Of a DNA stretch of 64,000 nucleotides, positions 18,911 through 29,941 are shown piece after piece. The first letter of the stretch is position 1; the number at the start of each line of letters is the position of its first letter. The translations under genes were made by a program, and so were the position numbers. Origin of the DNA: an uncultured bacterium (GTDB lineage: Bacteria; Desulfobacterota_D; UBA1144; Nemesobacterales; UBA2774); contig CAWGRW010000009.1 in NCBI GenBank assembly GCA_963825135.1, positions 544,001 through 608,000 of the forward strand, in the 5' to 3' direction. A model generated the notes under the pieces. The model was not told the origin of the DNA. It did no database searches and saw only the letters and a program-made list of their open reading frames with translations.

Positions 18911-20153
18911 GCTTCTCGGCATATGACTTCATATCATCGCCTACCTTCTTGAGCTCGGGTTTGGATTGCACATACTTCTCGAGCGCTTCGAGCACGCTCA
19001 TGGTCTTTGTGAGCTCGGTCTGTCTCATTGTTTTCCCGGGCTTGGAGAAGATTCTCTCTATCTTTAGCGTCTGAGCGCCCTCGAACGCGGCCCTGATCCC
19101 GCGTTCGTCCACTTCCTCCCCGGGACTCCCGACCTCGTATCTTACCCTCACTACGGCTCCGTTTACGTCTATTCGGGAGAACCTGTCGAGACCCGGGTCT
19201 TTGCCGCGGTCCGCACCCACTTCTCCCAGATCAATTGTGATAAATTTCCTCGCCGGGGTCTCCCTGAATTCAAAGACGCAGGTCCAGCCTCCGGGCGTCT
19301 CTACAAGCTCGCCCAGGACAAATCCCTTTCGCTCCTTCTCCTCCGTGAAGTCGATCCTCTCGATACTGCCCGAATAGACCACCGGGGGGACGTCCCCTTC
19401 GTTCAGGTCCTGAAACCGGTGGATGTGACCGAGCGCGACATAATTAAACGCGCTGTCGCCGAGCACCGCTACCGGGACCACGGGATCGGAAGTCGATAGC
19501 GTGTCGAGTTCGGTACCGGATAGTTTCGCCCCCCTTGCCGCCACGTGCCCGAGCAATACCGCGGGGTCTCTCCTGTCGATCTTTTTTGCGAGTCCGCGGA
19601 TTATATCCCCCAGTCTCCTTTCTATCTCCGCCTGGAGCTCCTGAGGGGATAGCGACCTGTATTCTTCTTTCGCGAGAAGAGCGCCCCTTCCCGCCCACGG
19701 CAGGCATGCGACCTGGACCGTTCCGCTATTCGTGCTTACATGAATCAACTCGGGTTTTCTGGCTATGGTCACGCCCTCGATAGCGAGGGCAGGGAAGATT
19801 TCCACGGCGGAAGCGCCTGTGCCTGAAGCCGAGTAGTCATGGTTCCCGAGCACTATGACAACCCGGGCCCCGTCTCTACCGGCCGCTTTTCCGATTCTGC
19901 GGGCGAATTCTATTTCTTCCGCGGGAAGCGGGTTTTCTCTGTGGAACACATCTCCCGCGATGAGTATGAGGTCGACGGATTCGTTCGACGCGGTTTCCAA
20001 TACGTGATCGAGACACTTCAGTATGTCTTCGAATCTCGTGTTGTATCCCGTCGACGGGTTCAGCCTGCCGTGCGTCAGAAGTCCGATATGTATATCGGAT
20101 AAGTGAATGAACCTTATTTTTCTCAACCGCGGTCCGGCGCTTCGGAAACTCAA
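18891..20153 (-). CDS. sbcD: Exonuclease SbcCD subunit D (Mre11-like)
   Basis: HLSDIHIG, IAGDVF, GNHD, YVALGHIH, YSGSIERIDFTE. Start may instead be TTG at 20126. Confidence 0.88.
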   Translation of the reverse strand: MSFRSAGPRLRKIRFIHLSDIHIGLLTHGRLNPSTGYNTRFEDILKCLDHVLETASNESVDLILIAGDVFHRENPLPAEEIEFARRIGKAAGRDGARVVIVLGNHDYSASGTGASAVEIFPALAIEGVTIARKPELIHVSTNSGTVQVACLPWAGRGALLAKEEYRSLSPQELQAEIERRLGDIIRGLAKKIDRRDPAVLLGHVAARGAKLSGTELDTLSTSDPVVPVAVLGDSAFNYVALGHIHRFQDLNEGDVPPVVYSGSIERIDFTEEKERKGFVLGELVETPGGWTCVFEFRETPARKFITIDLGEVGADRGKDPGLDRFSRIDVNGAVVRVRYEVGSPGEEVDERGIRAAFEGAQTLKIERIFSKPGKTMRQTELTKTMSVLEALEKYVQSKPELKKVGDDMKSYAEKLIREGE

Positions 20154-20174
20154 CCGTTCCCTGGAACGCTTCTT

Positions 20175-21317
20175 TTATTTATCTCCGAATAGAATTTCGG
20201 ACGCCTTTTTCGTCCCGGCTCCGTAGTTGAACTTGTAGCCGAGCTTGTGGAGCACGCTCTCTATCGCCGATATGAAGAACAATGTATCCGTTCTGTCCAA
20301 ATCGCCGATGTGCGACACGCGGAATATTACTCCCTTGGCCTGGTCCTGCCCGTCGGCGACTGTTATGCCGAATTCGCTGCTGAGCGCCTTGATGACCTTC
20401 GAGGAGCCTATTTCAGGGGGAGCTATCACCGTAGTGAGCGCGGGGCTCGGAACGTCTTTCACATATATATCAAGCCCTATCGCCTTCATTCCTTCCCTCA
20501 TGGCGAGAGAGAGCTTGGCATGACGTTTGAACATGCTCTCCCTTCCCTCTTCTTTAAATCTCCTCAGCACGGCGGCGAGTCCGATAATCAGCGTGACGGC
20601 CGGGGTATAGGGGGTCGTATTTTTCTCCGCGTTTTTCTGAGCGGCTTTAAAATCGAAATAGTATTTCGGGAGGTCCGAAGTCTTATTGAACTTCCAGGCC
20701 TTTTCACTCATAGCGGCGAAGGACAGCCCCGGGGGCAGCATGAAAGCCTTCTGGGAGCCGCCTACCATCACGTCTATACCGATCTCGTCGAAAGGCAGCG
20801 GGAAAACGCCCACTCCCGTTATGCCGTCCACAATAAGGATTACGTCGTCTCTATGCCTGGTGATGTCGGCGATTTCCTTTATCGGATGCATGGCGCCTGT
20901 AGAGGTCTCGCTCGCCTGTACCAAAACGGCCCGTATGGAAGGGTCTTCCGCGAGGGCTTTCTCGATTTCCGCGGGATCGACCGAACGGCCCCACTCCACC
21001 ATAAGCTCTTCGGTCTCAAGCCCGAAAGCGCGGCATATCTTTCCCCACCTTTCGCCGAATTTCCCGCCGTTGACGACGAGCACCCTGTCGCCCCTGGAGA
21101 GCGTATTGACCACGGCCCCCTCCATTGCGCCCGTTCCCGAAGCCGCGAGTATAAATACTTCCTGTTTGGTATCGTATATGTATTTGAGCCCTTCCCTGAC
21201 TTCGGCGAATATGGCCTCGAATTCCTTAGTCCTGTGGTGCATGATGGGCTTCGCCATCTCAATGAGAACTTCGCTTGGCACGGCTACCGGCCCGGGTGTA
21301 AATATGTAGTTTTTCAC
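20175..21317 (-). CDS. Class V aminotransferase (serine-pyruvate/alanine-glyoxylate family)
   Basis: FTPGP, HHR, SGTGAMEG, ETSTG, GSQKAFMLPPG (PLP Lys), FRVSHIG. Confidence 0.92.
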   Translation of the reverse strand: MKNYIFTPGPVAVPSEVLIEMAKPIMHHRTKEFEAIFAEVREGLKYIYDTKQEVFILAASGTGAMEGAVVNTLSRGDRVLVVNGGKFGERWGKICRAFGLETEELMVEWGRSVDPAEIEKALAEDPSIRAVLVQASETSTGAMHPIKEIADITRHRDDVILIVDGITGVGVFPLPFDEIGIDVMVGGSQKAFMLPPGLSFAAMSEKAWKFNKTSDLPKYYFDFKAAQKNAEKNTTPYTPAVTLIIGLAAVLRRFKEEGRESMFKRHAKLSLAMREGMKAIGLDIYVKDVPSPALTTVIAPPEIGSSKVIKALSSEFGITVADGQDQAKGVIFRVSHIGDLDRTDTLFFISAIESVLHKLGYKFNYGAGTKKASEILFGDK

Positions 21318-21517
21318 TTTGTAATTCTCCTCTGTAGTGATTTTATTTCAGTATTCGAGAAACCCGACTGTCGAATCATTCCATTCACTGACGATATCGT
21401 GTGAAGCTAACGGGTTAGAAACATAGAAATTTACCCTAAGATCAGGATAATTCAACTATCCTTGCTTTTGAAAACCCAAACCTTATATTATTAAAATAAA
21501 GAAAAAGGGAGCGCGAA

Positions 21518-22628
21518 ATGTTCGGAGAAAATAAAGAGCAAATACAGGAACTTAGAAAGAGACTCCTAGTCCTTGGGGACTTTCTTTGACCTTCCCGGAA
21601 AGAATTCGCGCCTGAAAGAGCTCGAAGAGATCACGGGGAAGGAAGGCTTCTGGAATAACGCCGAAAAGGCGCAGGAAATTTTGAGGGAGCAGGCGCGTAT
21701 TAAAAGCGCGCTCGACAGCCTGACCAGGCTCACCCGCGACCTCGAGGACGCTGAAATCCTGGAGGAGCTTTCTCTCGAAGCGGAAGACGAGGAGGCGGCA
21801 AGGGAGGCCAGGGAGAAGCTGTCCGAGATCGAGAACCAGGTAGAAACGCTGGAATTCAAGAGGATACTCGGCGAGCCCGACGACGAGAGGAACGCAATCG
21901 TTTCGATCAACGCCGGAGCGGGGGGTACGGAAGCCCAGGACTGGGCGGAGATGCTCCTCCGAATGTATCTGAGATACGCCGAGCTTAACAAATACACTAC
22001 CGAAATGGTCGAGTATCAGGAAGGGGACGAAGCGGGAATGAAGAGCGCTACGTTCCTCGTAAAGGGGGATTACGCGTTCGGTTACCTCAAGGGCGAGAGC
22101 GGCGTTCACAGACTCGTCAGGATATCCCCGTTCGATGCTAATAAAAGGAGGCATACGTCGTTCGCGTCGGTATTCGTGTCTCCGGAAATCGATGACAGCA
22201 TCGTGGTCGAGATAGAAGAGAAAGATTTGAGGGTGGATACCTACCGGGCGAGCGGAGCCGGCGGGCAGCACGTAAACAAAACCGATTCGGCTATAAGGAT
22301 AACCCACTTTCCGACGGGTATAGTCGTGAGTTGTCAGAACGAGCGATCCCAGCACCAGAACCGCGCGACAGCCATGAAGATATTGAAGGCGAGGATGTAC
22401 GAGCTTGAGAAAGAAAAACAGAGAGAAAAGATCGACGAGATGCACTCTACAAAGAAGGAGATCGGCTGGGGGAGCCAGATACGCTCCTACGTCCTCCATC
22501 CGTACAGGATGATTAAGGACCATAGGACCGGATACGAAACGGGGAACGTCGAGCCGGTTCTGGACGGAGACCTGAGCGAGTTCATAAAATCCTACCTCCT
22601 GATGCAGGCCGGGGAAAAGCCGCTCTAA
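21518..22628 (+). CDS. prfB: Peptide chain release factor 2 with programmed +1 frameshift at CTT-TGA-C (21584-21590)
   Basis: ATG 21518 opens MFGENKEQIQELRKRLLVLGDFL*; the +1 frame continues DLPGKN... and contains SPF and GGQ motifs. Confidence 0.96.
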
Positions 22629-22763
22629 AACCGAAAAGAGCGCCAAGGCCTCCCGGCTCACACCCCGTAATCCTATGTTTCCCTCCGCGGGGTGGTATAT
22701 TTATCATTCGACAACAGCGGCACCTGAAAACTAGTCTTCATCCCTGTCGGGAGGGGCGGTATT

Positions 22764-23633
22764 TTGAGAATCGGAATAATCGGGAAAACGAATATCAACA
22801 AGACCTGCGAGATCGCGAAAGACCTCGGCAAATGGTTTAAAAACAGGGGGGTCGAGGTCATTCTCGAAAGAGAGCTCGGAGAGAAAATCCGCCATAAAAA
22901 TTCTGTCCCCGCCGCCGAATTACCCGATCTCGTGGATGTAATCCTGGTTTTCGGAGGCGACGGCTCGTTCCTGGGCGTGGCCAGGCTCGCCTGCAGGCAC
23001 GGGACTCCTATTTTGGGAATAAACCTCGGAGGACTCGGGTTTCTTACCGAGATAACAGTCGACGAAATTTATCCGATGATGGAGAGGATATTGAGCGGCG
23101 ATTATGAAATAGAGAACCGAAGGATGCTCCGTACTACATTAAGGAGAGGAAAAACCAGAGCAAGGAACTACGAAGTCCTGAACGATGTGGTTATAAACAA
23201 AGAGGCCGTCGCCAGGATTATCGATCTCGAAATCTACATAGAAGGCTCACACGTCACGACGTACAAGGCGGACGGGATAATCCTCTCGACCCCCACGGGC
23301 TCGACCGCCTATTCCCTCTCGGCGGGAGGACCCATAGTCCACCCCGCGCTTCCCGTAACGATCATAACGCCTATTTGTCCTCATACACTCACAAACAGAC
23401 CGCTCGTAGTAGCAAGCGAAATGAAGGTCGAAATAAAAATCACCACGCAGGAGCCCGATACCTACCTTACGCTCGACGGCCAGATCGGAATCAGGCTCAA
23501 GACCGGCGACATAATAGAGGTTATAGAGTCCGATACGGTCGTAAAGCTGATAAAATCACCTTTCAGGGATTATTTCACCATCCTCAAGACCAAGCTCATG
23601 TGGGGAGAAAGATATGGCAAGATCAACGGATGA
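22764..23633 (+). CDS. nadK: NAD kinase
   Basis: GGDG, GINLGGLGFL, LNDVV, DGIILSTPTGSTAYSLSAGGP, PICPH. Confidence 0.95.
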   Translation: MRIGIIGKTNINKTCEIAKDLGKWFKNRGVEVILERELGEKIRHKNSVPAAELPDLVDVILVFGGDGSFLGVARLACRHGTPILGINLGGLGFLTEITVDEIYPMMERILSGDYEIENRRMLRTTLRRGKTRARNYEVLNDVVINKEAVARIIDLEIYIEGSHVTTYKADGIILSTPTGSTAYSLSAGGPIVHPALPVTIITPICPHTLTNRPLVVASEMKVEIKITTQEPDTYLTLDGQIGIRLKTGDIIEVIESDTVVKLIKSPFRDYFTILKTKLMWGERYGKING

Positions 23634-23982
23634 GCAGTTCCTGCACGACTGGGTGATAAGGAAGGTGCATGAGAAATATTCGAGGCTATACAGCGAGATA
23701 CGCATAAATCCGGGCAGAGAGACGAATTTCGATTACAAGGGTAAATACCCGGACATAATCATAGTAAATTACGGGCAGGTCGTTCAAATAGTCGAAGTGG
23801 AAACAAGGGAGTCGATAAATATCGAAAGAGTCCCCAAATGGAAGGAGCTCTCGGAGCTAGGCGTGAAATTTACCCTCATGGTGCCAAAAGAGCTGGAGGG
23901 ACACGCAAGGGACATCTGCTGGAAGAACGGGCTTGCCGCTAAAGTTAATCTCGGGGGCTTCGACGTTCTGATTAACACCTGA
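23614..23982 (+). CDS. Hypothetical protein, possible PD-(D/E)xK-like fold
   Basis: YPDIIIV...IVEVET; overlaps the nadK stop by 20 nt. Confidence 0.65.
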   Translation: MARSTDEQFLHDWVIRKVHEKYSRLYSEIRINPGRETNFDYKGKYPDIIIVNYGQVVQIVEVETRESINIERVPKWKELSELGVKFTLMVPKELEGHARDICWKNGLAAKVNLGGFDVLINT

Positions 23983-23993
23983 TTCTGCCGCCC

Positions 23994-26036
23994 CTAATCG
24001 CGTGCTCCGGTTTTCTTCGTCGATATCGGGAAAACGATATTGAACATAGTCCCGTTTTCGTTCCGGAGCTCCACCGTCCCCTTGAGCTGATCCGCGAGTG
24101 TGCAGACTAGCTGAAGACCGAGGGTATTCGTATTCCGGATGTCCATATTAACGGGAAATCCGACTCCGTTGTCCCTTACCGAGAGGGTAAGAATCCCGTC
24201 CGAATCCGAATATATTTCCACCGACACTTTGTTCCTGGCCCTCTTGGCCGGATTATCGCCGTCCGGATAATTGAAGGCGTGCTTGAGGCAATTCGAGAAA
24301 AGCTCGTTGATTATCAGCCCGCAGGGAATCGCCTGATCGACATCAATCGAGATATCGTACGCATTTATTTGAACTTGCATATTCTCCCCGAAATCCTTAT
24401 AGACCCTGAGCAGGTTTCTGGTCAGGTCCGTTATATAGTCGAGCATTTTTATCTCGTCGATGTTCCTCGACTGGTAGAGCTTCTCGTGGATCAGAGCTAT
24501 TGTGGATATCCTGCTCTGACTCTCATAGAAAAGGGCTAGTGATTCCTCGTCCTTCGCGTAATCGGACTGGAGGCTCAACAGGCTCGATATGACCTGGAGG
24601 TTGTTCTTTACCCTGTGGTGTATCTCCCTCAGCAGGGACTCCTTCCGCATGAGCGATTCCTGTATCTGTTCGTCGGACTTTTTACGCTCCGTGATATCGC
24701 GTGTATCGACTATCGCCCTGATCTCCCCCGTCGACGTCCTGAACGGTTTGCCGGTGGCTTCGAACCAGCGCCAATCCCCGTTTTTATGCCTGTACCTGTA
24801 AACGGCTCTCCCGGCGGACCCGGAGCTGAACCCCTGTACGAATGCAGACATCACGGCAGAGCGGTCATCCGGGTGCATAAATTCGAACGCATTTTTCCCG
24901 AAAAGCTCCTCGGGTTCATATCCCAATATCTCTTTATGGTTGGAGCTGGCGTACATTATGCGCCCGTCGTACAATATCTCGAGAATGAGGTCATGCGCGT
25001 TCTCGACGAGCGTGCGGTACAACTCCTCTTTTTCCTTCAGCATGTCCTCCGCTCTTTTGCGCTCTATCATCGTGCCGATCCAGCGTCCCATGAGCCTTAT
25101 AAAATCCTTGTCCGCCGTTGTAAAAGGCTCCTTCCGCGGATGTGGACTTGCAAAATTAAGCGTCCCGAATACCATTCCGTTAATCCGTAAAGGTACGCCG
25201 ATATAGGACTCGAAGCCGAAGTCTTTATAGAACTCTTCATTCCGATACTCGGATTCTCCCACGTGGTCAATGGCAAGAACGTCGTCGTTTGCGAGTGTAA
25301 TTTTGCAGTAAGTCTTCGAAAGCTCACATTCGAGGCCCTGAGTCACTCTCCCCATCTCATCGTAGCAATATAGGACCGTGCAATACTTGCCGGCGATCCG
25401 GCCGACTCCCGCAACTTCCATACATAGCATGTCGGCGCCCGTCTTGAGTGTCTCGACGAGCTGCGTTTCGATCCCTACGCCGGGTTCAGCCGAGATCTCA
25501 TAGAGGGACCTGATCCGTTTCTCCTGGAGCGCGTGCGCCTCGTCGGAGAGCTTCCTTCCGGTGTTGTCCCTGAGTGAGCCGATGATACCCGTGACATTAC
25601 CCCCCTTCGCGCCGGACGAAACCGACACCTCGGCGCTTACGGAACCGCCTCCGCTTAAAAGGATATCAGCTTCAAAAACCCCTCTCTGCCCCCCATTCTC
25701 AAATTCGAGGTAATTGCGCGCTGAGTTATGTCCCGTATCGTTAGCGAGCAGATCAGAAAACGGTCTGCCTATCCACAAGTTGCGCTTCCAGCCCGTCAGC
25801 GTCTCGAACGCGGGATTGATATAGGTAATAACGCCTTCCGGTGTGAGACTGAAAAAAACATCGGGCGCATTCTCCAAAAGGCCGAAAAAGAAATCCCCGT
25901 TGCTCAAAACCTCGTTCATACCGGGGGCGGGGGAACACCCGTCGTCAAGGAATGTACCGACAGGACCTATAAGATCGAGCGCTGCCTGTTTTAGATCAAG
26001 CTCCGGCACAATATTTTGTTTCAATTTGCTCTTCAT
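23994..26036 (-). CDS. Cytoplasmic PAS-GAF-PAS histidine kinase (HisKA_2 type)
   Basis: PAS (YINPAFETLTG; MHPDDR..WRWFE), GAF (YIGVPL..FGTLNF), EIHHRVKNNLQ, NELFSNCLKHAF, DNGVG, LGLQLV. Confidence 0.92.
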   Translation of the reverse strand: MKSKLKQNIVPELDLKQAALDLIGPVGTFLDDGCSPAPGMNEVLSNGDFFFGLLENAPDVFFSLTPEGVITYINPAFETLTGWKRNLWIGRPFSDLLANDTGHNSARNYLEFENGGQRGVFEADILLSGGGSVSAEVSVSSGAKGGNVTGIIGSLRDNTGRKLSDEAHALQEKRIRSLYEISAEPGVGIETQLVETLKTGADMLCMEVAGVGRIAGKYCTVLYCYDEMGRVTQGLECELSKTYCKITLANDDVLAIDHVGESEYRNEEFYKDFGFESYIGVPLRINGMVFGTLNFASPHPRKEPFTTADKDFIRLMGRWIGTMIERKRAEDMLKEKEELYRTLVENAHDLILEILYDGRIMYASSNHKEILGYEPEELFGKNAFEFMHPDDRSAVMSAFVQGFSSGSAGRAVYRYRHKNGDWRWFEATGKPFRTSTGEIRAIVDTRDITERKKSDEQIQESLMRKESLLREIHHRVKNNLQVISSLLSLQSDYAKDEESLALFYESQSRISTIALIHEKLYQSRNIDEIKMLDYITDLTRNLLRVYKDFGENMQVQINAYDISIDVDQAIPCGLIINELFSNCLKHAFNYPDGDNPAKRARNKVSVEIYSDSDGILTLSVRDNGVGFPVNMDIRNTNTLGLQLVCTLADQLKGTVELRNENGTMFNIVFPISTKKTGARD

Positions 26037-26300
26037 AGTAAAAATCCAATGAGGCCGAATCCGGCGAAGGAAACAACCGCGGCTGCCCGGCCTTGATTCA
26101 TATACATAAATTTTTTCTGAATCGCCGAACGCCTAACTTTATTGTAATAACATACTCAAATACATGCAATCCGCTAGTCTCGCGTCCCGCGTGTTAATCA
26201 ATAACATATGTTATTATCGGCTGCCAGGCGCTTCCGGTAATGCTCCATTCCGATTGCCCGCTATCGAGTCCGCCGCCCGCATTAAGGAACGGCGCCCTGC

Positions 26301-26329
26301 TTGATAATTCGTCCAATCTTGGATAGGCT
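26301..26329 (+). promoter_or_regulatory. Putative sigma70 promoter of glyA-nrdR-tatD
   Basis: TTGATA, 17 nt, TAGGCT; SD AGGGGG precedes ATG 26358. Confidence 0.45.
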
Positions 26330-26357
26330 TTACTTGAATTAAGGGGGTAGGTATCAG

Positions 26358-27605
26358 ATGTCGAAGCTCGAAATTGTCGATCCCGAAATTTACCGCGCGA
26401 TCAAGGCCGAAGTCGAGCGCCAGGAGTACAAACTGGAGCTCATCGCTTCGGAAAACTACGTGAGCGAAGCGGTTCTGGAAGCCCTGGGCTCGGTGCTGAC
26501 GAACAAGTACGCGGAAGGTCTTCCCGGAAAGAGGTACTACGGCGGGTGCGAGTTCGTGGACATCGCCGAGAACCTGGCAAGGGACCGGGCAAAGGCGCTT
26601 TTCGGCTGCGATGCGGTGAACGTGCAGCCCCACTCGGGCGCTCAGGCAAATATGTCCGTCTATTTCGCCTGCCTCGAGCCGGGCGACACCATACTGGGAA
26701 TGAACCTCGCTCACGGCGGTCATCTGACCCACGGGAGCCCGGTAAACTTCTCCGGGCGTCTGTACAACGTCATCCCCTACGGGGTTACCGAGGATACGAA
26801 CCTCATCGATTTCGACGAGGTAAGAAGGCTTGCCCTCGAGCACAAGCCGAAACTCATAGTCGCCGGCTGGAGCGCATATCCGAGGGATATAGACTTTGCC
26901 AGGTTCAGGGAAATAGCGGACGAAGCGGGATCCCTACTCATGGCCGACATCGCTCACCCGGCGGGCTTGGTCGTGGCCGGACTCTATTCGAACCCGATCC
27001 CCCACTGCGATTTCGTAACTACTACGACACATAAGACCCTCAGGGGACCGAGGGGCGGAATGGTAATGATGAAGGAAAGCCAGGAAAAGCAGGTCAACAG
27101 CAGGGTGTTCCCCGGCACTCAAGGGGGCCCTCTCATGCACGTAATCGCCGCAAAGGCGGTTGCATTTAAAGAAGCTCTCGAACCCGGCTTCAAGGAATAT
27201 CAAAAACAGATCGTGAAGAATTCCAGAAAATTAGGGGAGTGCCTGACTAAAATGGGGCTCAAACTGGTCTCCGGAGGCACTGACACCCACCTGGTGCTTG
27301 TGGACTTGAGAGAGACCGAGCTCACCGGAAAAATAGCCGAGGAGACGCTGGAGCAGGCCGGTATCACAGTCAATAAGAACGCTATTCCGTTTGACCCGCG
27401 GCCGCCCGCAGTAACGAGTGGAATAAGGATAGGAACCCCCGCAGTCACCACGAGAGGCATGAAGGAAAAAGAAATCGAGATGATCGCTAATTTCATCAAA
27501 GAGGCTTTAAACAACCCGGGAAGCGAGAAGGTCCTTTCGAGGATAAAGAACGACGTCCGGGAACTTTGCAGCCAATTCCCGATCTACAGACACAGACTAA
27601 TTTAG
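26358..27605 (+). CDS. glyA: Serine hydroxymethyltransferase
   Basis: [46 protein letters not shown]. Confidence 0.98.
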   Translation: MSKLEIVDPEIYRAIKAEVERQEYKLELIASENYVSEAVLEALGSVLTNKYAEGLPGKRYYGGCEFVDIAENLARDRAKALFGCDAVNVQPHSGAQANMSVYFACLEPGDTILGMNLAHGGHLTHGSPVNFSGRLYNVIPYGVTEDTNLIDFDEVRRLALEHKPKLIVAGWSAYPRDIDFARFREIADEAGSLLMADIAHPAGLVVAGLYSNPIPHCDFVTTTTHKTLRGPRGGMVMMKESQEKQVNSRVFPGTQGGPLMHVIAAKAVAFKEALEPGFKEYQKQIVKNSRKLGECLTKMGLKLVSGGTDTHLVLVDLRETELTGKIAEETLEQAGITVNKNAIPFDPRPPAVTSGIRIGTPAVTTRGMKEKEIEMIANFIKEALNNPGSEKVLSRIKNDVRELCSQFPIYRHRLI

Positions 27606-28139
27606 ATGAAATGTCCATTCTGCTCCAGCCTTGAGAGTAAGGTAATAGATTCACGTCTCGCCAAGGAAGATACTTCCATCAGGAGACGGAGGGAATGCCT
27701 CAGCTGTAAAAGCCGTTTCACGACATATGAGAGAGTGGAGGAAGTCGAGCTCCTGGTCATCAAGAAGGGCGGAGTCAGGGAGCCCTTCGACCGCAATAAA
27801 ATAATCGCGGGAATGATCAAGGCATGCGAGAAAAGACCCATCAGCATGGAGGTCATAGAGAACTTCGTCTCCGATCTGGAACGGGAGTTCCAGGAAAGAG
27901 GGGACAGGGAAGTGGATAGCAGCGAAATTGGGGAGAGGGTGATCAACAAGCTGTACGAGATTGACGAGGTGGCGTATGTGAGGTTCGCTTCCGTTTACCG
28001 GTCGTTTAAGGACGTGAATCAGTTCCTGAGCGAGCTGACCGACCTTCTCAAGGAGAAGGGCGGACAGATGACATTGAGGGGCAAACCGGATTCTCTGGTT
28101 AATAGTCTATCGCTTATAAAGGACAAGACAAAGAAGTAA
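27606..28139 (+). CDS. nrdR: Transcriptional repressor NrdR
   Basis: [27 protein letters not shown]-cone, [10 protein letters not shown]. Confidence 0.96.
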   Translation: MKCPFCSSLESKVIDSRLAKEDTSIRRRRECLSCKSRFTTYERVEEVELLVIKKGGVREPFDRNKIIAGMIKACEKRPISMEVIENFVSDLEREFQERGDREVDSSEIGERVINKLYEIDEVAYVRFASVYRSFKDVNQFLSELTDLLKEKGGQMTLRGKPDSLVNSLSLIKDKTKK

Positions 28140-28900
28140 TGCTCATAGATACTCATGCACACCTGGATTCCCTCGATGATCTGCCCGGCGCTCTCGCAAG
28201 GGCAGGGGCAGAAGGGATAGAGAAGATAATAGCGATATCCTCGGACCTGGAATCCTCGCTGAGCACAATTTCAATTGCGGAAAATAATAATAGCGTCTTC
28301 GCAGCCGCTGGCATACACCCGCACGCCGCCAGGACCGCCGACGTAAGATCTCTATCCGAAATAGAGAGGCTCGCCCGGACCGGAAAAGTGGTAGCAGTCG
28401 GCGAGACCGGCCTCGACTATCACTACATGAACTCCGATAAAAACGCGCAGATAAATTCATTTACAGAGCAAATCGGTATCGCGTCTCGCCTCGGCCTCCC
28501 GATCGTAATCCATGTACGGGACGCCGACCACGATCTCATAGACATTCTCAAGTCCGAGAAAGTGTCCGACAGGACCGGAGTTATCCACTGCTTTACAGGG
28601 GATTACGAGACCGCCAGAATGTATCTCGACCTGGGGTTCTACATTTCCTTTTCAGGAATCGCAACATTTAAGAAATCGGAGGATATCCGCGACGCGGCGA
28701 AAAAAATCCCCGGAGACAGGCTGCTGGTCGAAACGGATTCGCCTTACCTGGCCCCGGTGCCGCTGAGAGGGAAAGCAAACGAGCCCGCCTACGTGAAATA
28801 TATCGCCGAGATGATAGCCGGAATAAGAGGCGTGTCGTTTGAGGAGATAGCCGGGATGACGACAGACAATGCTGAAAGGTTATTTAGGCTAGGGCGATGA
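28139..28900 (+). CDS. tatD: TatD-family nuclease
   Basis: IDTHAH, GIHPH, GETGLD, IHVR, IHCF, ETDSPYLAP. Confidence 0.93.
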   Translation: MLIDTHAHLDSLDDLPGALARAGAEGIEKIIAISSDLESSLSTISIAENNNSVFAAAGIHPHAARTADVRSLSEIERLARTGKVVAVGETGLDYHYMNSDKNAQINSFTEQIGIASRLGLPIVIHVRDADHDLIDILKSEKVSDRTGVIHCFTGDYETARMYLDLGFYISFSGIATFKKSEDIRDAAKKIPGDRLLVETDSPYLAPVPLRGKANEPAYVKYIAEMIAGIRGVSFEEIAGMTTDNAERLFRLGR

Positions 28901-28961
28901 TTATCAGGCGCGAGTCTAGGGACGACATCGATCGTAAATCTTCATTCATGAGATACCCGTT

Positions 28962-29927
28962 ATGAGCGCGAAACCTAGGATAGGAATATCGATGGGCGAC
29001 CCGAACGGCATAAGCCCGGAGATCGTAGTAAAAGCCCTTAACTCAAGAGAGGTGACGGATGTATGCTCTCCCGTGGTGTTCGGGAGCTCCGAAGTTCTGG
29101 AATCTGCGGCGAACCTGACGGGGTCGAGATTGGACTTCAAGGTTGTCGATACGTCGGAATTCGGGATCGCCGACCTCAAGCCCGCCAGAGTGGACAGGAA
29201 AGCGGGAGAAGCCAGTCTTTCTTACATTCGCGAGGCTGTTAAAGCGGCGATGTCGGGCAGCATCGATGCGGTAGTCACCGCTCCCATCAGTAAAGAATCC
29301 ACCCACCTGGCAGGGTCAAAATACCCGGGGCATACGGAAATGCTTAAAGATCTCACGGGCGCCGACGAGGTCGTGATGATGTTCGAAGGGGGAAGTTTCA
29401 GAGTCGTACTCGTCACAATTCACACCGCGCTGAGAGAGGTGCCGAAGCTTATAACGAAAGAAAAGGTGCTTTCGGTAATAAATATCACGCACCGGGCGCT
29501 CGTGAACCAGTTCAAGATAAAGGATCCGAAGCTGGTCGTCTGCGGCCTGAACCCCCACGCCGGTGAGTCGGGGGCATTCGGAGACGAGGAGATCCTCCAT
29601 ATCGCGCCTGCGGTGGCGGAGGCGAGAAAACAGGGAATCACCATTACCGGTCCCCTTCCGGCGGACACTCTCTTTTACTACGCCCACAAAGGGAAATGGG
29701 ACGCCGTCGTTGCAATGTATCACGACCAGGGCCTGATCCCGTTCAAGATGCTCTCGTTTAACGTTGGAGTAAATCTGACTCTCGGTCTGCCGATAATAAG
29801 GACTTCCCCCGACCACGGAACGGCTTTTAACATTGCATGGAAAGGAATTGCCGATCCGTCGAGCATGATCGCTTCAGTCATCGTAGCATCCAGACTCGCA
29901 TTAATCCCGGACCAAATCCCGGAATAA
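28962..29927 (+). CDS. pdxA: 4-hydroxythreonine-4-phosphate dehydrogenase
   Basis: MGDPNGISPE, TAPISK, GHTE, LNPHAGE, MYHDQG, RTSPDHGTA. Confidence 0.95.
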   Translation: MSAKPRIGISMGDPNGISPEIVVKALNSREVTDVCSPVVFGSSEVLESAANLTGSRLDFKVVDTSEFGIADLKPARVDRKAGEASLSYIREAVKAAMSGSIDAVVTAPISKESTHLAGSKYPGHTEMLKDLTGADEVVMMFEGGSFRVVLVTIHTALREVPKLITKEKVLSVINITHRALVNQFKIKDPKLVVCGLNPHAGESGAFGDEEILHIAPAVAEARKQGITITGPLPADTLFYYAHKGKWDAVVAMYHDQGLIPFKMLSFNVGVNLTLGLPIIRTSPDHGTAFNIAWKGIADPSSMIASVIVASRLALIPDQIPE

Positions 29928-29941
29928 GCGATTGAATCACT

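Noticed and set aside
20247..22661. Long antisense ORFs (20247-21404 +, 21552-22661 -; likewise 57039-58040 -, 31066-31944 +, 8746-9513 -)
   Set aside because: Shadow frames of well-supported genes with no recognisable motifs; expected from codon bias.
26040..26357. ZTP or glycine riboswitch upstream of glyA
   Set aside because: No consensus elements found, and a promoter lies only about 28 nt before the start codon.
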